Positions 30,855 to 40,262 of a DNA stretch of 64,000 nt are shown here, one piece after another (position 1 is the stretch's first letter; each line of letters opens with the position of its first letter). A program made the position numbers and the translations under genes. The stretch is from Candidatus Marinacidobacterales bacterium (GTDB lineage: Bacteria > Acidobacteriota > Vicinamibacteria > Marinacidobacterales > SMYC01). Under the pieces are notes generated by a model. The model was not told where the DNA came from, did not search any database, and was given only the letters and a program-made list of their open reading frames with translations. The DNA lies in contig CBDCYI010000009.1 in the NCBI GenBank assembly GCA_965224085.1, forward strand, positions 608,001-672,000. Reading direction: 5' to 3'.

Positions 30855-33853
30855 CGACCGACACCAGTGAACGCGGCCTCGAACGGCTGATCTGCACCGC
30901 CCTGACCGGTAGTTCCTGCGATGCCGCGTTGGCGCAGGCAGGCTTGGAAGACGAAGCCGCCACCCCCTCGGACGGGGTCGGCTGGATCTGCGGCGCCCCC
31001 AACGACTACGACCGCGAGTACACGGTCGATCTGGCGCAGCTCCTCGCGTTCCTGGTCGAAACGCAACCGGATGCGTTCGAGGGGCTGCGTCTCGAAGACG
31101 ATGGCCCAGCACGCCGGAAGTTCCTGGCCCGCCTCCAAGGTGAGGTCCGCAAGCGCGGCATCATCGACGTACTCCGCAAAGGGGTCAAGGACGGGCCGCA
31201 TCACGTCGAGCTCTTCTACGGCACGCCGTCTTCCGGCAACCCACTCGCCGCTGAACGCTACGCCCAGAACCGCTTCTCGGTCAGGCGCCAGCTCCGCTAC
31301 AGCCGCGACGAGACCCAGCGGGCGCTCGATCTCGGGCTGTTCATCAACGGCCTGCCGGTTGCCACGTTCGAGCTGAAGAACAGTCTCACCAAGCAGACGG
31401 TCGAGGACGCCGTGGAGCAGTACAAGCGTGACCGCGACCCGCGCGAGAAGCTCTTCGAGTTCGGCCGCTGCGTGGCGCACTTCGCGGTGGACGACCGCGC
31501 GGTGCAATTCTGCACGCACCTCAATGGAAAGGGCTCGTGGTTCCTGCCCTTCGACCAGGGCTGGAACGACGGCGCCGGCAACCCGCCGAATCCGAACGGT
31601 CTCAAGACCGACTACCTGTGGAAGCGGATTCTCACCCGCGACGGGCTGACCGACATCCTGGAGAACTACGCGCAGGTCGTCGAAACCAAGGATGAGAAGA
31701 CGGGCAAGAAGAAGAGGAAGGTGCAGATCTGGCCGCGCTACCACCAACTCGATGTGGTGCGACGGCTGCTGGCTGACACGCGCCGACACGGCGCAGGGAA
31801 GCGGTATCTCATCCAGCACTCGGCCGGCAGCGGGAAGTCGAACTCCATCGCCTGGCTCGCCCACCAGTTGATCGGGCTCAGGAAGGACGCCGCCGGGGTG
31901 TTCGACTCCATCATCGTGGTCACGGACAGACGCATTCTCGACCAGCAGATCTGCGCCACGATCAAACAGTTCGCCCAGGTCGGGGCCACCGTCGGCCATG
32001 CCGAACGCTCGGCTAACCTCCGTGCGTTTATCGAGGGCGGCAAGAAGATCATCATCTCGACGGTGCAGAAGTTCCCGTTCATCCTCGACGAGATCGGAAA
32101 CGAGCAACGGGGCCGGCGCTTCGCCATCATCATTGACGAGGCGCATTCGAGCCAGACCGGCAAGACCTCGGCAGCGGTCAGCGTGGCGCTCTCCGAGGCG
32201 GGCGCTGCCGAGGATGATGAGACCACCGAGGACACGATCAACCGCATCATGGCTGCTCGGAGACTTCTCCCGAACGCGAGCTACTTCGCCTTCACCGCCA
32301 CGCCCAAGAACAAGACGCTGGAGATCTTCGGCGAGGCGTACGACGCGGGCGGCCAGACCAGGCACCGCCCCTTCCACAGCTACACCATGAAGCAGGCGAC
32401 CCAGGAGGGCTTCATCCTAGACGTGCTGCGGCACTACACGCCAGTCGAGAGCTACTACAAGCTCATCAAGAAGGTCGAGGAGGATCCCGAGTTCGACACC
32501 AAGCGCGCCCGGAAGAAGCTGCGCCGCTACGTGGAGGGCCACGATTATGCCATCCGGCTCAAGGCCGAGATCATGGTGGACCACTTCCACGAACAGGTGC
32601 TGGCGCTCAACAAGATCGGAGGCAAGGCTCGCGCGATGGTGGTGACGGGAGGCATCGAGCGCGCGATTCAGTATTACCACGCAATCCGGCAGTACCTTCT
32701 GGAGCACAAGAGCCGGTATCAGGCCATCGTCGCCTTCTCAGGCGAGCACGAGTATGGCGGGGTGCAGGTCAGTGAGTCGTCCCTCAATGGCTTCCCGTCC
32801 GGGCGGATCGCTGACAAGATCCAGCAGGACCCGTATCGGTTCCTCATTTGTGCCGACAAGTTTCAGACCGGGTACGACGAGCCACTGTTGCACACGATGT
32901 ACGTGGACAAGATCTTGTCCGGGATCAAGGCGGTCCAGACGCTGTCGCGTCTCAATCGGGCGCACCCGCAGAAACACGACGCGTTCGTGCTCGATTTCAT
33001 GAACGATGCCGACACCATCCAGGAGGCGTTCGCTGACTACTACCGGACGACGGTCCTGAGCGAGGAGACCGATCCCAACAAGCTGCACGACCTCAAGGCC
33101 GCGCTCGATGGCTACCAGGTGTATGCCGACGCAGAGATCGACCAGCTCGTGACGCTCTACCTGGGTGGGGCCGACCGCGACCAGCTCGACCCCATCCTCG
33201 ACGCCTGCGTCGCGGTCTACAAGGAACGGCTCGACGAGGACGGGCAGGTGGACTTCAAGGGCAAGGCCAAGGCGTTCGAGCGCGCGTACGGCTTCCTCGC
33301 CTCAATCCTGCCGTACACGCACGCCGAGTGGGAGAAGCTCTCTATCTTCCTGAACTTCCTTGTGCCGAAGCTTTCCGCGCCTGTGGAAGAGGATCTGTCC
33401 AAAGGCATCCTTGAGTCCATCGACATGGACAGCTACCGGGTCGAGAAGAAGGCGGCGAGACACGTCCAACTGGCGGACGAGAACGCCGAGATCAAGCCGG
33501 TTCCGACTAACGGCGGCGGCCACAGGCCGGAACCCGAACTCGACCGCCTCTCGAACATCCTCAAGACCTTCAACGACCAGTTCGGGAACATTCCCTGGAC
33601 CGACGGCGACCGCGTCCACCGGCTCATCACGGAGGACATCCCGAACCGAGTGGCGGCCGACCGGGCCTACCAGAACGCCAAGCAGAACTCCGACAAGCAG
33701 AACGCGCGGATCGAGCACGACAAGGCGCTCCGGCGGGTGATGACGGCGCTGCTGCAGGACGACACGGAGTTGTTCAAGCAGTTCAGCGACAACGAGTCGT
33801 TCCGGCGGTGGCTGACGGACACGATCTTCTCGATCACCTACGAGGCTGCGTAG
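30851..33853 (+). CDS. hsdR: Type I restriction enzyme subunit R
   Basis: 1000 aa; DLGLFINGLPVATFELKN nuclease motif; HSAGSGKS, IIDEAH, FTATPK, QTGYDEP and QTLSRLNR helicase motifs. Confidence 0.95.
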   Translation: MTTDTSERGLERLICTALTGSSCDAALAQAGLEDEAATPSDGVGWICGAPNDYDREYTVDLAQLLAFLVETQPDAFEGLRLEDDGPARRKFLARLQGEVRKRGIIDVLRKGVKDGPHHVELFYGTPSSGNPLAAERYAQNRFSVRRQLRYSRDETQRALDLGLFINGLPVATFELKNSLTKQTVEDAVEQYKRDRDPREKLFEFGRCVAHFAVDDRAVQFCTHLNGKGSWFLPFDQGWNDGAGNPPNPNGLKTDYLWKRILTRDGLTDILENYAQVVETKDEKTGKKKRKVQIWPRYHQLDVVRRLLADTRRHGAGKRYLIQHSAGSGKSNSIAWLAHQLIGLRKDAAGVFDSIIVVTDRRILDQQICATIKQFAQVGATVGHAERSANLRAFIEGGKKIIISTVQKFPFILDEIGNEQRGRRFAIIIDEAHSSQTGKTSAAVSVALSEAGAAEDDETTEDTINRIMAARRLLPNASYFAFTATPKNKTLEIFGEAYDAGGQTRHRPFHSYTMKQATQEGFILDVLRHYTPVESYYKLIKKVEEDPEFDTKRARKKLRRYVEGHDYAIRLKAEIMVDHFHEQVLALNKIGGKARAMVVTGGIERAIQYYHAIRQYLLEHKSRYQAIVAFSGEHEYGGVQVSESSLNGFPSGRIADKIQQDPYRFLICADKFQTGYDEPLLHTMYVDKILSGIKAVQTLSRLNRAHPQKHDAFVLDFMNDADTIQEAFADYYRTTVLSEETDPNKLHDLKAALDGYQVYADAEIDQLVTLYLGGADRDQLDPILDACVAVYKERLDEDGQVDFKGKAKAFERAYGFLASILPYTHAEWEKLSIFLNFLVPKLSAPVEEDLSKGILESIDMDSYRVEKKAARHVQLADENAEIKPVPTNGGGHRPEPELDRLSNILKTFNDQFGNIPWTDGDRVHRLITEDIPNRVAADRAYQNAKQNSDKQNARIEHDKALRRVMTALLQDDTELFKQFSDNESFRRWLTDTIFSITYEAA

Positions 33854-33949
33854 AGGGCTCGGGCTCCCGAGCTGGCTGACGAGGGAGGGCGCGAGTACCC
33901 GCTCAAGCATTGCCGGACCCTGATTGAGGCCGAATCCGAGGCAAGTAAG

Positions 33950-34260
33950 GACACCAAGGAGGCCCAAGCCCACCTGGACCAGAACGTGCTAGCCGGCTAC
34001 GCCACGGTAGCCCTGGCCTCGATGTTGGACCCCTCGGGTGACCTCTTTTCCGATGCCGTACGGCCCGGTCAGCGCCTGTTCTCCTACTTTGCGCAAACGT
34101 GGCACTCGAAAATCGCGATTAGAGACGAAACCCGAAAATGACGCCAGTTCAGCCCTTCCAGTGCGTCTCTGGTGCCACCTACCCCTGCAAAACCCCGCCA
34201 ACCGCGCGGAAAATCTCATCCGTCTCTGCAGTGCCACAATTTGCAAGACTGGGTGGCGGA
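33950..34260 (+). repeat. tRNA-att-associated non-coding repeat, copy 1
   Basis: Colinear with 61040-61354 (cacctggaccagaacgtgctagccggctacgcc...gactgggtggcgga). Confidence 0.85.
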
Positions 34261-34444
34261 TGGCGCAGTCTGGAGCTATCCGGTCTCTGGGTTTATGGGC
34301 AGTTATGGGCAGTCTCTAAAAAGGGCAGAGTTTCAAGCCGGTCATCGACCCTCCACAGGCCGACGTCGAACTCGAAGTACTATTTGCACCATACGCTGAT
34401 CCGACTCGAAGCAGATCTGGCTCTAGAGTTTCCGTGCTGTCTGG

Positions 34445-34676
34445 TCCGCCACCAAGTCCGGCCAATTGCGGCACTGCAGAGACGGGCGGGATTTTCCACG
34501 CGGTTGGCGGGGTTTTGCAGGATTAAGTGGCACCAGAGACGCGCTAGAAGGGCTGAAAAGGCCTCATTTTCGGTTTTGGTCTCTAATCGCTATTTTCGAG
34601 TGCCACGTTTGCGCCCAAATAGGAGAACGGGCGCTGACAGGGCCGTGCCGCGTCGGAAAAGAGGCCGCCCGAGGGT
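34445..34676 (-). repeat. tRNA-att-associated non-coding repeat, copy 2 (inverted, cut by IS110)
   Basis: The reverse complement aligns with copies 1 and 3 and also ends in tggcgga. Confidence 0.8.
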
Positions 34677-36043
34677 ACTTTCGACTGACACTCCCGGCCG
34701 AAGGCATTTTTCATGATATGGATTGATCGGGAACGAGGCTGAAGCCGAGTCGGGTAGCTTTGCGTCGGAGATTACTCAGGAGGCGTTGCTGGTATTGCCT
34801 TTCATAGGCGTCCTGACCGAGCTCAATGAACTCCTCTCCAGTCGCAAGCATGCGGAAGTAGATGGTCGCTATTTTACGGGCGGTAGCTGTGATGGCCTTT
34901 GGAGCACCTCGTCGCGATCGGATTCGTCGATAGAAAGCGCCGAGCGCGGTTTGGGTATTGCGGACAGCGCACGCGGCGAGGCGAAAGAGTTTTGCAGCAC
35001 GACTGGAGCTCATTGGGGTGGCCCGGCGAAAGATTCGACCAGCGGACTCCTTATTATTCGGTGCGAGAGCTAGCCATGAGGTGAAGTGCTTGTCACTTTT
35101 CCACGGGCTCATGTCGCAACCGGTTTCTCCTACGAGCTGCAGAACGGCATAGCTACCTAAGCCGGGAACCCTGGTTAGGTCCACCCCCGTGAGTCCCAAT
35201 AGAGACTCAGCGAGCGGAAAGCGCGGCCCGTTGCCGCTACGCGCTCGCCGTGTCCGTGGTTTCGGCTTAGGCCGAGCGTCCTGAGGCCGGGTCTCCAATT
35301 TGGACAGGCATCTCTCGATCCGCTTGTCACAGTCTTCCATTTTCTCTTGATAGAAATCGTACAACTCCACCGACTGTTGAAGAGCGAAAACATGCTCGCT
35401 CCGATAGTTACCTTCTAAGGCTTTCGCGATCGTGGCCTCATCGTTGTGGCAACGTTCATGCCTCAGTTTTGCTAGGTCACGAGGATCTCGCTCTCCTCTC
35501 AAGATCGCTCGGATGATCGCAAGGCCGGTGACTCCGGTCACGTCGCGCAGGACGTGTTGTAGCTGGAGCCCCATTTGGTTGAGCGCTTTGTGCATATGCT
35601 GAATGTGGCGAGCCGCTGACTCCACCAGCGAGCTTCGTTGGCGGGTGTATGCCCTTAGCTCGCAAATCGCCGATTCCGGCCGAAAGGTTTTTGGGAGTAG
35701 CCCGAATGTATGCAGCTGTTGCAGCCACTCCGCATCCGACACGTCTGACTTGCGCCCAGATACGTTTTTCACTTTGCGAGCATCGACCAGATAGACTTCA
35801 AATCCCTCGTCTTCCAACAACTCGTACAGTGGAATCCAATAAACTCCGGTCGACTCCATCGCCACCGTGCACACGCCGCACGCCTTCAGCCAATTGGCCA
35901 GCTCTCGCAGCGAGCATACAAAGCTCTGAAACGTGCGGACATGTTCGCCCTCAGGAGTGCGCCCCTTCGGGACTGCCGCCACGATTGACTCCGCTCCAAT
36001 ATCAATCCCTGCAGCATCTAGATTTACCGTGTCGAGCTCGTGC
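34677..36043 (-). mobile_element. IS110-family element; left end and N-terminus removed by IS5
   Basis: AAGIDIG, VAMESTG, RKSDVSDA (DEDD) and NKESAG motifs; ORF stop at 34711; short right end ...cagtcgaaagtacc. Confidence 0.9.
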
Positions 36044-37130
36044 GGCGTTGTTGCACCGCTCTTGGCTGAGCGCGAAATCTACCTATGGTGGTGGCCGAGG
36101 TAATGTTCGACCATGAAGTATCCCAAGCGCAGCCAGTACAAGCACGCGAAGCAGAAGAAGTACCACGTTTCCAACTGGGCGGAATACAACGAAGGGCTGC
36201 GCCGCCGGGGCGATTTGACGGTCTGGTTTGACGAGGAGGCAATCGCGAACTGGAAGGCCGACAAGAGCGGTAAGCCTGGCGGTCAACGGGTCTATTCAGA
36301 GATGGCGATTGAAACGGGCCTGGTTGTCCGGATGGTGTACAAGCTTGCCTACCGCCAAACCGAAGGCTTCTTGCACTCGATCGCCTCGCTTCTCCGGCTG
36401 TGTATCGAGATCCCGGACTACTCGACGTTGTGTCGGCGGTCGAGGCTGCTCCGCAAGAAGCTGCGGATTCGGAAAGCCGCAAGCAATCAACCAATCCACC
36501 TGATGATCGATAGCACGGGCTTGAGGATTCATGTTGGAACCACCCGCAAACCGCCAAAGCAGCGCGCCTGGCGCAAGTTGCACATCGCCGTTGATCGCAA
36601 GACCGGCAACATTGTTGCGTCCGAACTGACGGCGTCACGAGCTCGCGACGCAACGCGAGTCCCCCCTTTGCTAACACAGATTCAAGCACCTATAGCGTCG
36701 GTGGCGGCGGACAGTGCATACGACAAGGAAGCGGTCTACGAAGCCATCGAAGCGCACAGTCCTGGACGAAGGACGCGCGTGGTGATTCCGCCGCAACGAA
36801 ACGCCACGCTCAGTCAGAATTCGAACACCGCCATGCGGGAACGCGACCGCCATATTCGTGCAATCGAAAGACACGGCCGACGTGAATGGTACAAGCTCTC
36901 AGGCTGCACCGAGCGAAGCATGGTGGAGAACGCGGTCTATCGTTACAAGGCGATCATGGGGCCCGAGATGCGGGCTCGAACGTTGGCGAGGCAACGAGTT
37001 GAACACCGAATTGGGTGCGAGATACTCAACAAGATGACCGCGCTCGGCATGCCCGATACTTACTGCGCCGGGTGACTCTCCGACCGGCACAGGGAGGTCA
37101 GCGATTTGCTCCGGGCCGTGCAACAACGCC
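36044..37130 (+). mobile_element. IS5 type A, complete (1087 bp); transposase at 36113-37075
   Basis: Inverted ends ggcgttgttgcac; intact 320-aa ORF; no target duplication. Confidence 0.92.
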
Positions 37131-37345
37131 ACGACGATGTGAAGTCCAGGCTACGCGTACGTGCGGCGGGTAACGGCCGTTCCATGGAAGAGGAGGCGCG
37201 CTTGATCCTCCGGGATGCGGTCGAACGCAGGCCGAGTTCCAATAACCTCGCAGACATCATCCGCGCGCACTTCGGGCCATCCAAGGGCGTGGATCTGGAG
37301 TTGCCACCGCGCGATGCGGGCCGAGAGCCACCGTCCTTCGATTGA
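37131..37345 (+). pseudogene. FitA/StbC-like ribbon-helix-helix antitoxin lacking its N-terminus
   Basis: DDVKSRLRVRAAGNGRSMEEEARLIL...GVDLELPPR...PPSFD begins exactly at the IS5 end. Confidence 0.8.
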
Positions 37346-37355
37346 GGGAACGACC

Positions 37356-37778
37356 ATGTTTCTCCTGGATACCAACGTCGTATCCGAGTTGATGCGTACG
37401 TCGCCGGACTCCGCAGTCGAGGCATGGATTGCCGGCCACCCCGTCAAGGACCTGTTCTTCTCGGCGATTGGCGAATCCGAACTGCGCTATGGAGCCGCGA
37501 TCATGCCGGTAGGCCAGCGCCGTGAAACGCTCGTCTCTGATATCGAGACGATGCTGCACGCTGCCTTCGAAAACCGCATATCGCCGTTCGACAGCGGGGC
37601 GGCGCGTGCTTATGCGAATATCGCCGCCAAGCGCCGGGGCGCAGGACGTGCCGTCGCTCCGGCGGACTGCCAGATCGCAGCGATTGCCCGGGCACGCGGC
37701 ATGGCGGTGGCGACGCGCGACGTTCGAGACTTCGAGGATATGGGGGTCGAACTCTTCAATCAATGGGACGGCGCATGA
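37356..37778 (+). CDS. vapC: PIN-domain toxin (FitB/VapC family)
   Basis: MFLLDTNVVSELMR...ADCQIAAIA...VATRDVRDF. Confidence 0.9.
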   Translation: MFLLDTNVVSELMRTSPDSAVEAWIAGHPVKDLFFSAIGESELRYGAAIMPVGQRRETLVSDIETMLHAAFENRISPFDSGAARAYANIAAKRRGAGRAVAPADCQIAAIARARGMAVATRDVRDFEDMGVELFNQWDGA

Positions 37779-38360
37779 GCAGAACGACGGAAGCGTTTTC
37801 CCGCGTCAAAATCGACGCTCAAAAGCAGGAATTGCTGGCGAAACTTGAAGTGATGCAAAAAGAATTCAAAGCCGCCAAAAAATATGCGGTGAAGAAAAAG
37901 CTGGGGAACGAGATCGCCCTGACCATGGCGAGGCTGCGGGAGATCATCGAGAACCCACACGGGCCGCTCGGCATAGGTTGAACTGTTGTTGGTCCAGCTC
38001 AATTTGACAGTACCGTTCGGAGGCTCTTCAGCAAAAAGTCGATCCAGCGGTACGCGATCTTCTTTTTTGCGGATCACAACTAAGCTGCTGATTTATGATC
38101 TATTTCAAAAAGGCCGAGTTTTGGCACAGGACGGGGCCTGCTTACAAGTTTTTGGAATCGCGGGTCTTGAGTTCGTTTATGTTTTTGGACACCACGGGAT
38201 TGGAAACATGCCGACCTTCTCCGGCTGAACCAAGGTAAGATTGTCAGTGCCGTAACCGACGAGGAGGTCGGAGTCTACAACTTGGTCCATACTCCCTATC
38301 GGCCGGCGTAGCCTTAGAGAGCTCCCCCTGAGAGTCTGAAATCAAGGAAGGTCCCACCCG

Positions 38361-39746
38361 GTGGCAAGGAAGAAGATCGATGCAGAGATCATGAAGCTCG
38401 GCCCAGACCACATCATGAAGTGGCTCGACCGTCTCTACGATCTCGTGGTGGAGGACAGTCCCATCCTAGAGTCGGCACAGGATATCGGGAACCACTACGC
38501 AGCGGGCACGGGCTCCCTGGAAGAGCGTGCCCGTCGATTGATTCGATGGCAGGTCACGAAGGCTGGCACGTCTGGATTTCTATCGGGACTCGGGGGCGTG
38601 ATCACGATGCTGGTTGCGATTCCGGCCAACATTGCGAGTGTCATGTACGTTCAGATTCGCATGATTGCGGCGGTCGCACATCTAGGGGGGCACGATATTC
38701 GGAACGACCAAGTTCGGACTCTGTGCTACGCCTGCATGTGTGGAAAGGCGGCGGGGGATGTCGTCAAAGGCGCCGGCATCAGTCTCGGCACCAAACTCAC
38801 CGAGCAGGCCATCAAGAAAGTCGCCGGCAAGACGCTCAAGAACATCAACAAGAAGGTGGGCTTTCGTCTCGTTACCAAGTTTGGGGAGAAAGGCATCATC
38901 AACTTGGGCAAGATGGTCCCGATCGCTGGAGGTGTCGTAGGTGGATCTCTCGACGCTTCCAGCACCTACGTCATCGGGAAGATCGCCTGCACGACTTTTG
39001 TCGGAACCGGAGCGGATCCTAAACGATATGAACGATTTATTCTTACTCCAGAACAAGTAAGAGATCCTAATGTTGGACCTTCTCCAGCTGAAATAAATAG
39101 AAAAGCAATAGAAATTGCAGCTAGAGCTAGAGATATCCCGGAACCGCCGCATGGCGACTATGTTAACGGCAAGGGCTACGGTGATGTTGGCGATGGCACC
39201 GCGAGCACGAGGCGAGTAGGCGGGGCCACTCCCACTAAAAACACGAAAGAGAGCATTCAAGCGGTCCTACACGAAGCAGCCGAGCGTCTCGGGGCGAAAG
39301 AATTCCTTGAGGAGGTGGCAAGCTTCATAGAGGCTCGAATGCCCAGCTACCGATGGCCCCATGAGACTGGCTACTACTCCTTCACCCTGCACGAGCGGAG
39401 CGAGGGAAAGCCCACGGCGCGACGACGTTACGCAACCCTCTACCTCGACTTAAAACAGCCCGGCTCTCTGCTCCTCACTCTGACGCCGAGGGCAGTAGAA
39501 GTTGCATGCGATGATGCCGTAAACGAGTTCTGTACAGATGTGCCAGCGGCTTTCAGGAACCAGAAAAGTCAGAAAAGCTACAGCGCCATAGTTGTCGGTA
39601 TGTCCAGAGACGAATGGACAACGATGTTGAAGCCTCTCGGGCAGCTGCTTTCAGCGATAGTCGATGGTTGGAAGCGAAGCGCGGCCGACGACAAGAAAAA
39701 TGTACCCTCTGATGCTGACTCCCGCTCTCGCAACAATAATGACTAG
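38361..39746 (+). CDS. EcsC-family protein with an unknown C-terminal extension
   Basis: KAGTSGFLSGLGG, IPANIASVMYVQIRMIAA, INKKVGFRLVTKFGEKGIINLGKMVP; AT-rich in-frame segment at 39020-39136. Confidence 0.75.
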   Translation: MARKKIDAEIMKLGPDHIMKWLDRLYDLVVEDSPILESAQDIGNHYAAGTGSLEERARRLIRWQVTKAGTSGFLSGLGGVITMLVAIPANIASVMYVQIRMIAAVAHLGGHDIRNDQVRTLCYACMCGKAAGDVVKGAGISLGTKLTEQAIKKVAGKTLKNINKKVGFRLVTKFGEKGIINLGKMVPIAGGVVGGSLDASSTYVIGKIACTTFVGTGADPKRYERFILTPEQVRDPNVGPSPAEINRKAIEIAARARDIPEPPHGDYVNGKGYGDVGDGTASTRRVGGATPTKNTKESIQAVLHEAAERLGAKEFLEEVASFIEARMPSYRWPHETGYYSFTLHERSEGKPTARRRYATLYLDLKQPGSLLLTLTPRAVEVACDDAVNEFCTDVPAAFRNQKSQKSYSAIVVGMSRDEWTTMLKPLGQLLSAIVDGWKRSAADDKKNVPSDADSRSRNNND

Positions 39747-39765
39747 TCCCTAGCTGGCACTTCCA

Positions 39766-39981
39766 TTGAGCCCCTCATACGCCCTGCTAGATGATCGAAT
39801 ATGTGCTGAAGCGTTCAACGCGAAACTTGCGTCTGATAGCCCTTACCGAATCGAGATTGAGGCTGTGATCCCGGAGCCTTTCGTCGGTGCGGTCAAGACT
39901 GCTCCGGTGGTCGTTCTCCAGCTCAACCCTGGTTTCGGTCCTAAGGACGCCGCGTCGCATGCAGATCCGGAGTTTCGTACC
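39766..39981 (+). pseudogene. N-terminal fragment of a uracil-DNA-glycosylase-superfamily-like protein
   Basis: PEPFVG...APVVVLQLNPG motif; interrupted by the MITE at 39982. Confidence 0.5.
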
Positions 39982-40088
39982 CGTCTGGTCAAAATGCTCG
40001 GACGCCCAACGGGTCAGCAGGTTACACCTTTCCAGGATCGACGCCGACATCGAAGATCGGGAAGCCGCATGAGTATTTTGACCTCACG
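39982..40088 (+). mobile_element. MITE-like element, 107 bp (copy 2)
   Basis: Ends cgtctggtcaaaatgctc / gagtattttgacctcacg; interior similar to 17065-17168. Confidence 0.75.
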
Positions 40089-40262
40089 AGTACGTCGTCT
40101 ACCATCACCACGAGAGGAATCATCAAGGCAAGGAGAATCTGCTGCTGTTCCCAGCCAGCGACCAGTTACCTCAGTCCGAGCGCAAGGTGCGCTCCCGTGA
40201 ACGGCTTGGCGGGCTGCTACGTTTCTACCATCGGGAAGCCGCATGAGTATTTTGACCTCACG
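40089..40262 (+). mobile_element. 3' end of an rve-integrase element, the presumed parent of the MITE
   Basis: Encodes YHHHERNHQGKENLLL...RERLGGLLRFYHREAA-stop followed by the same terminal gagtattttgacctcacg. Confidence 0.75.

Noticed and set aside
30530-32377. 615-aa antisense ORF over hsdR, and similar long antisense ORFs over other GC-rich genes
   Set aside because: Shadow frames expected from high GC3 codon bias; no recognisable motifs.
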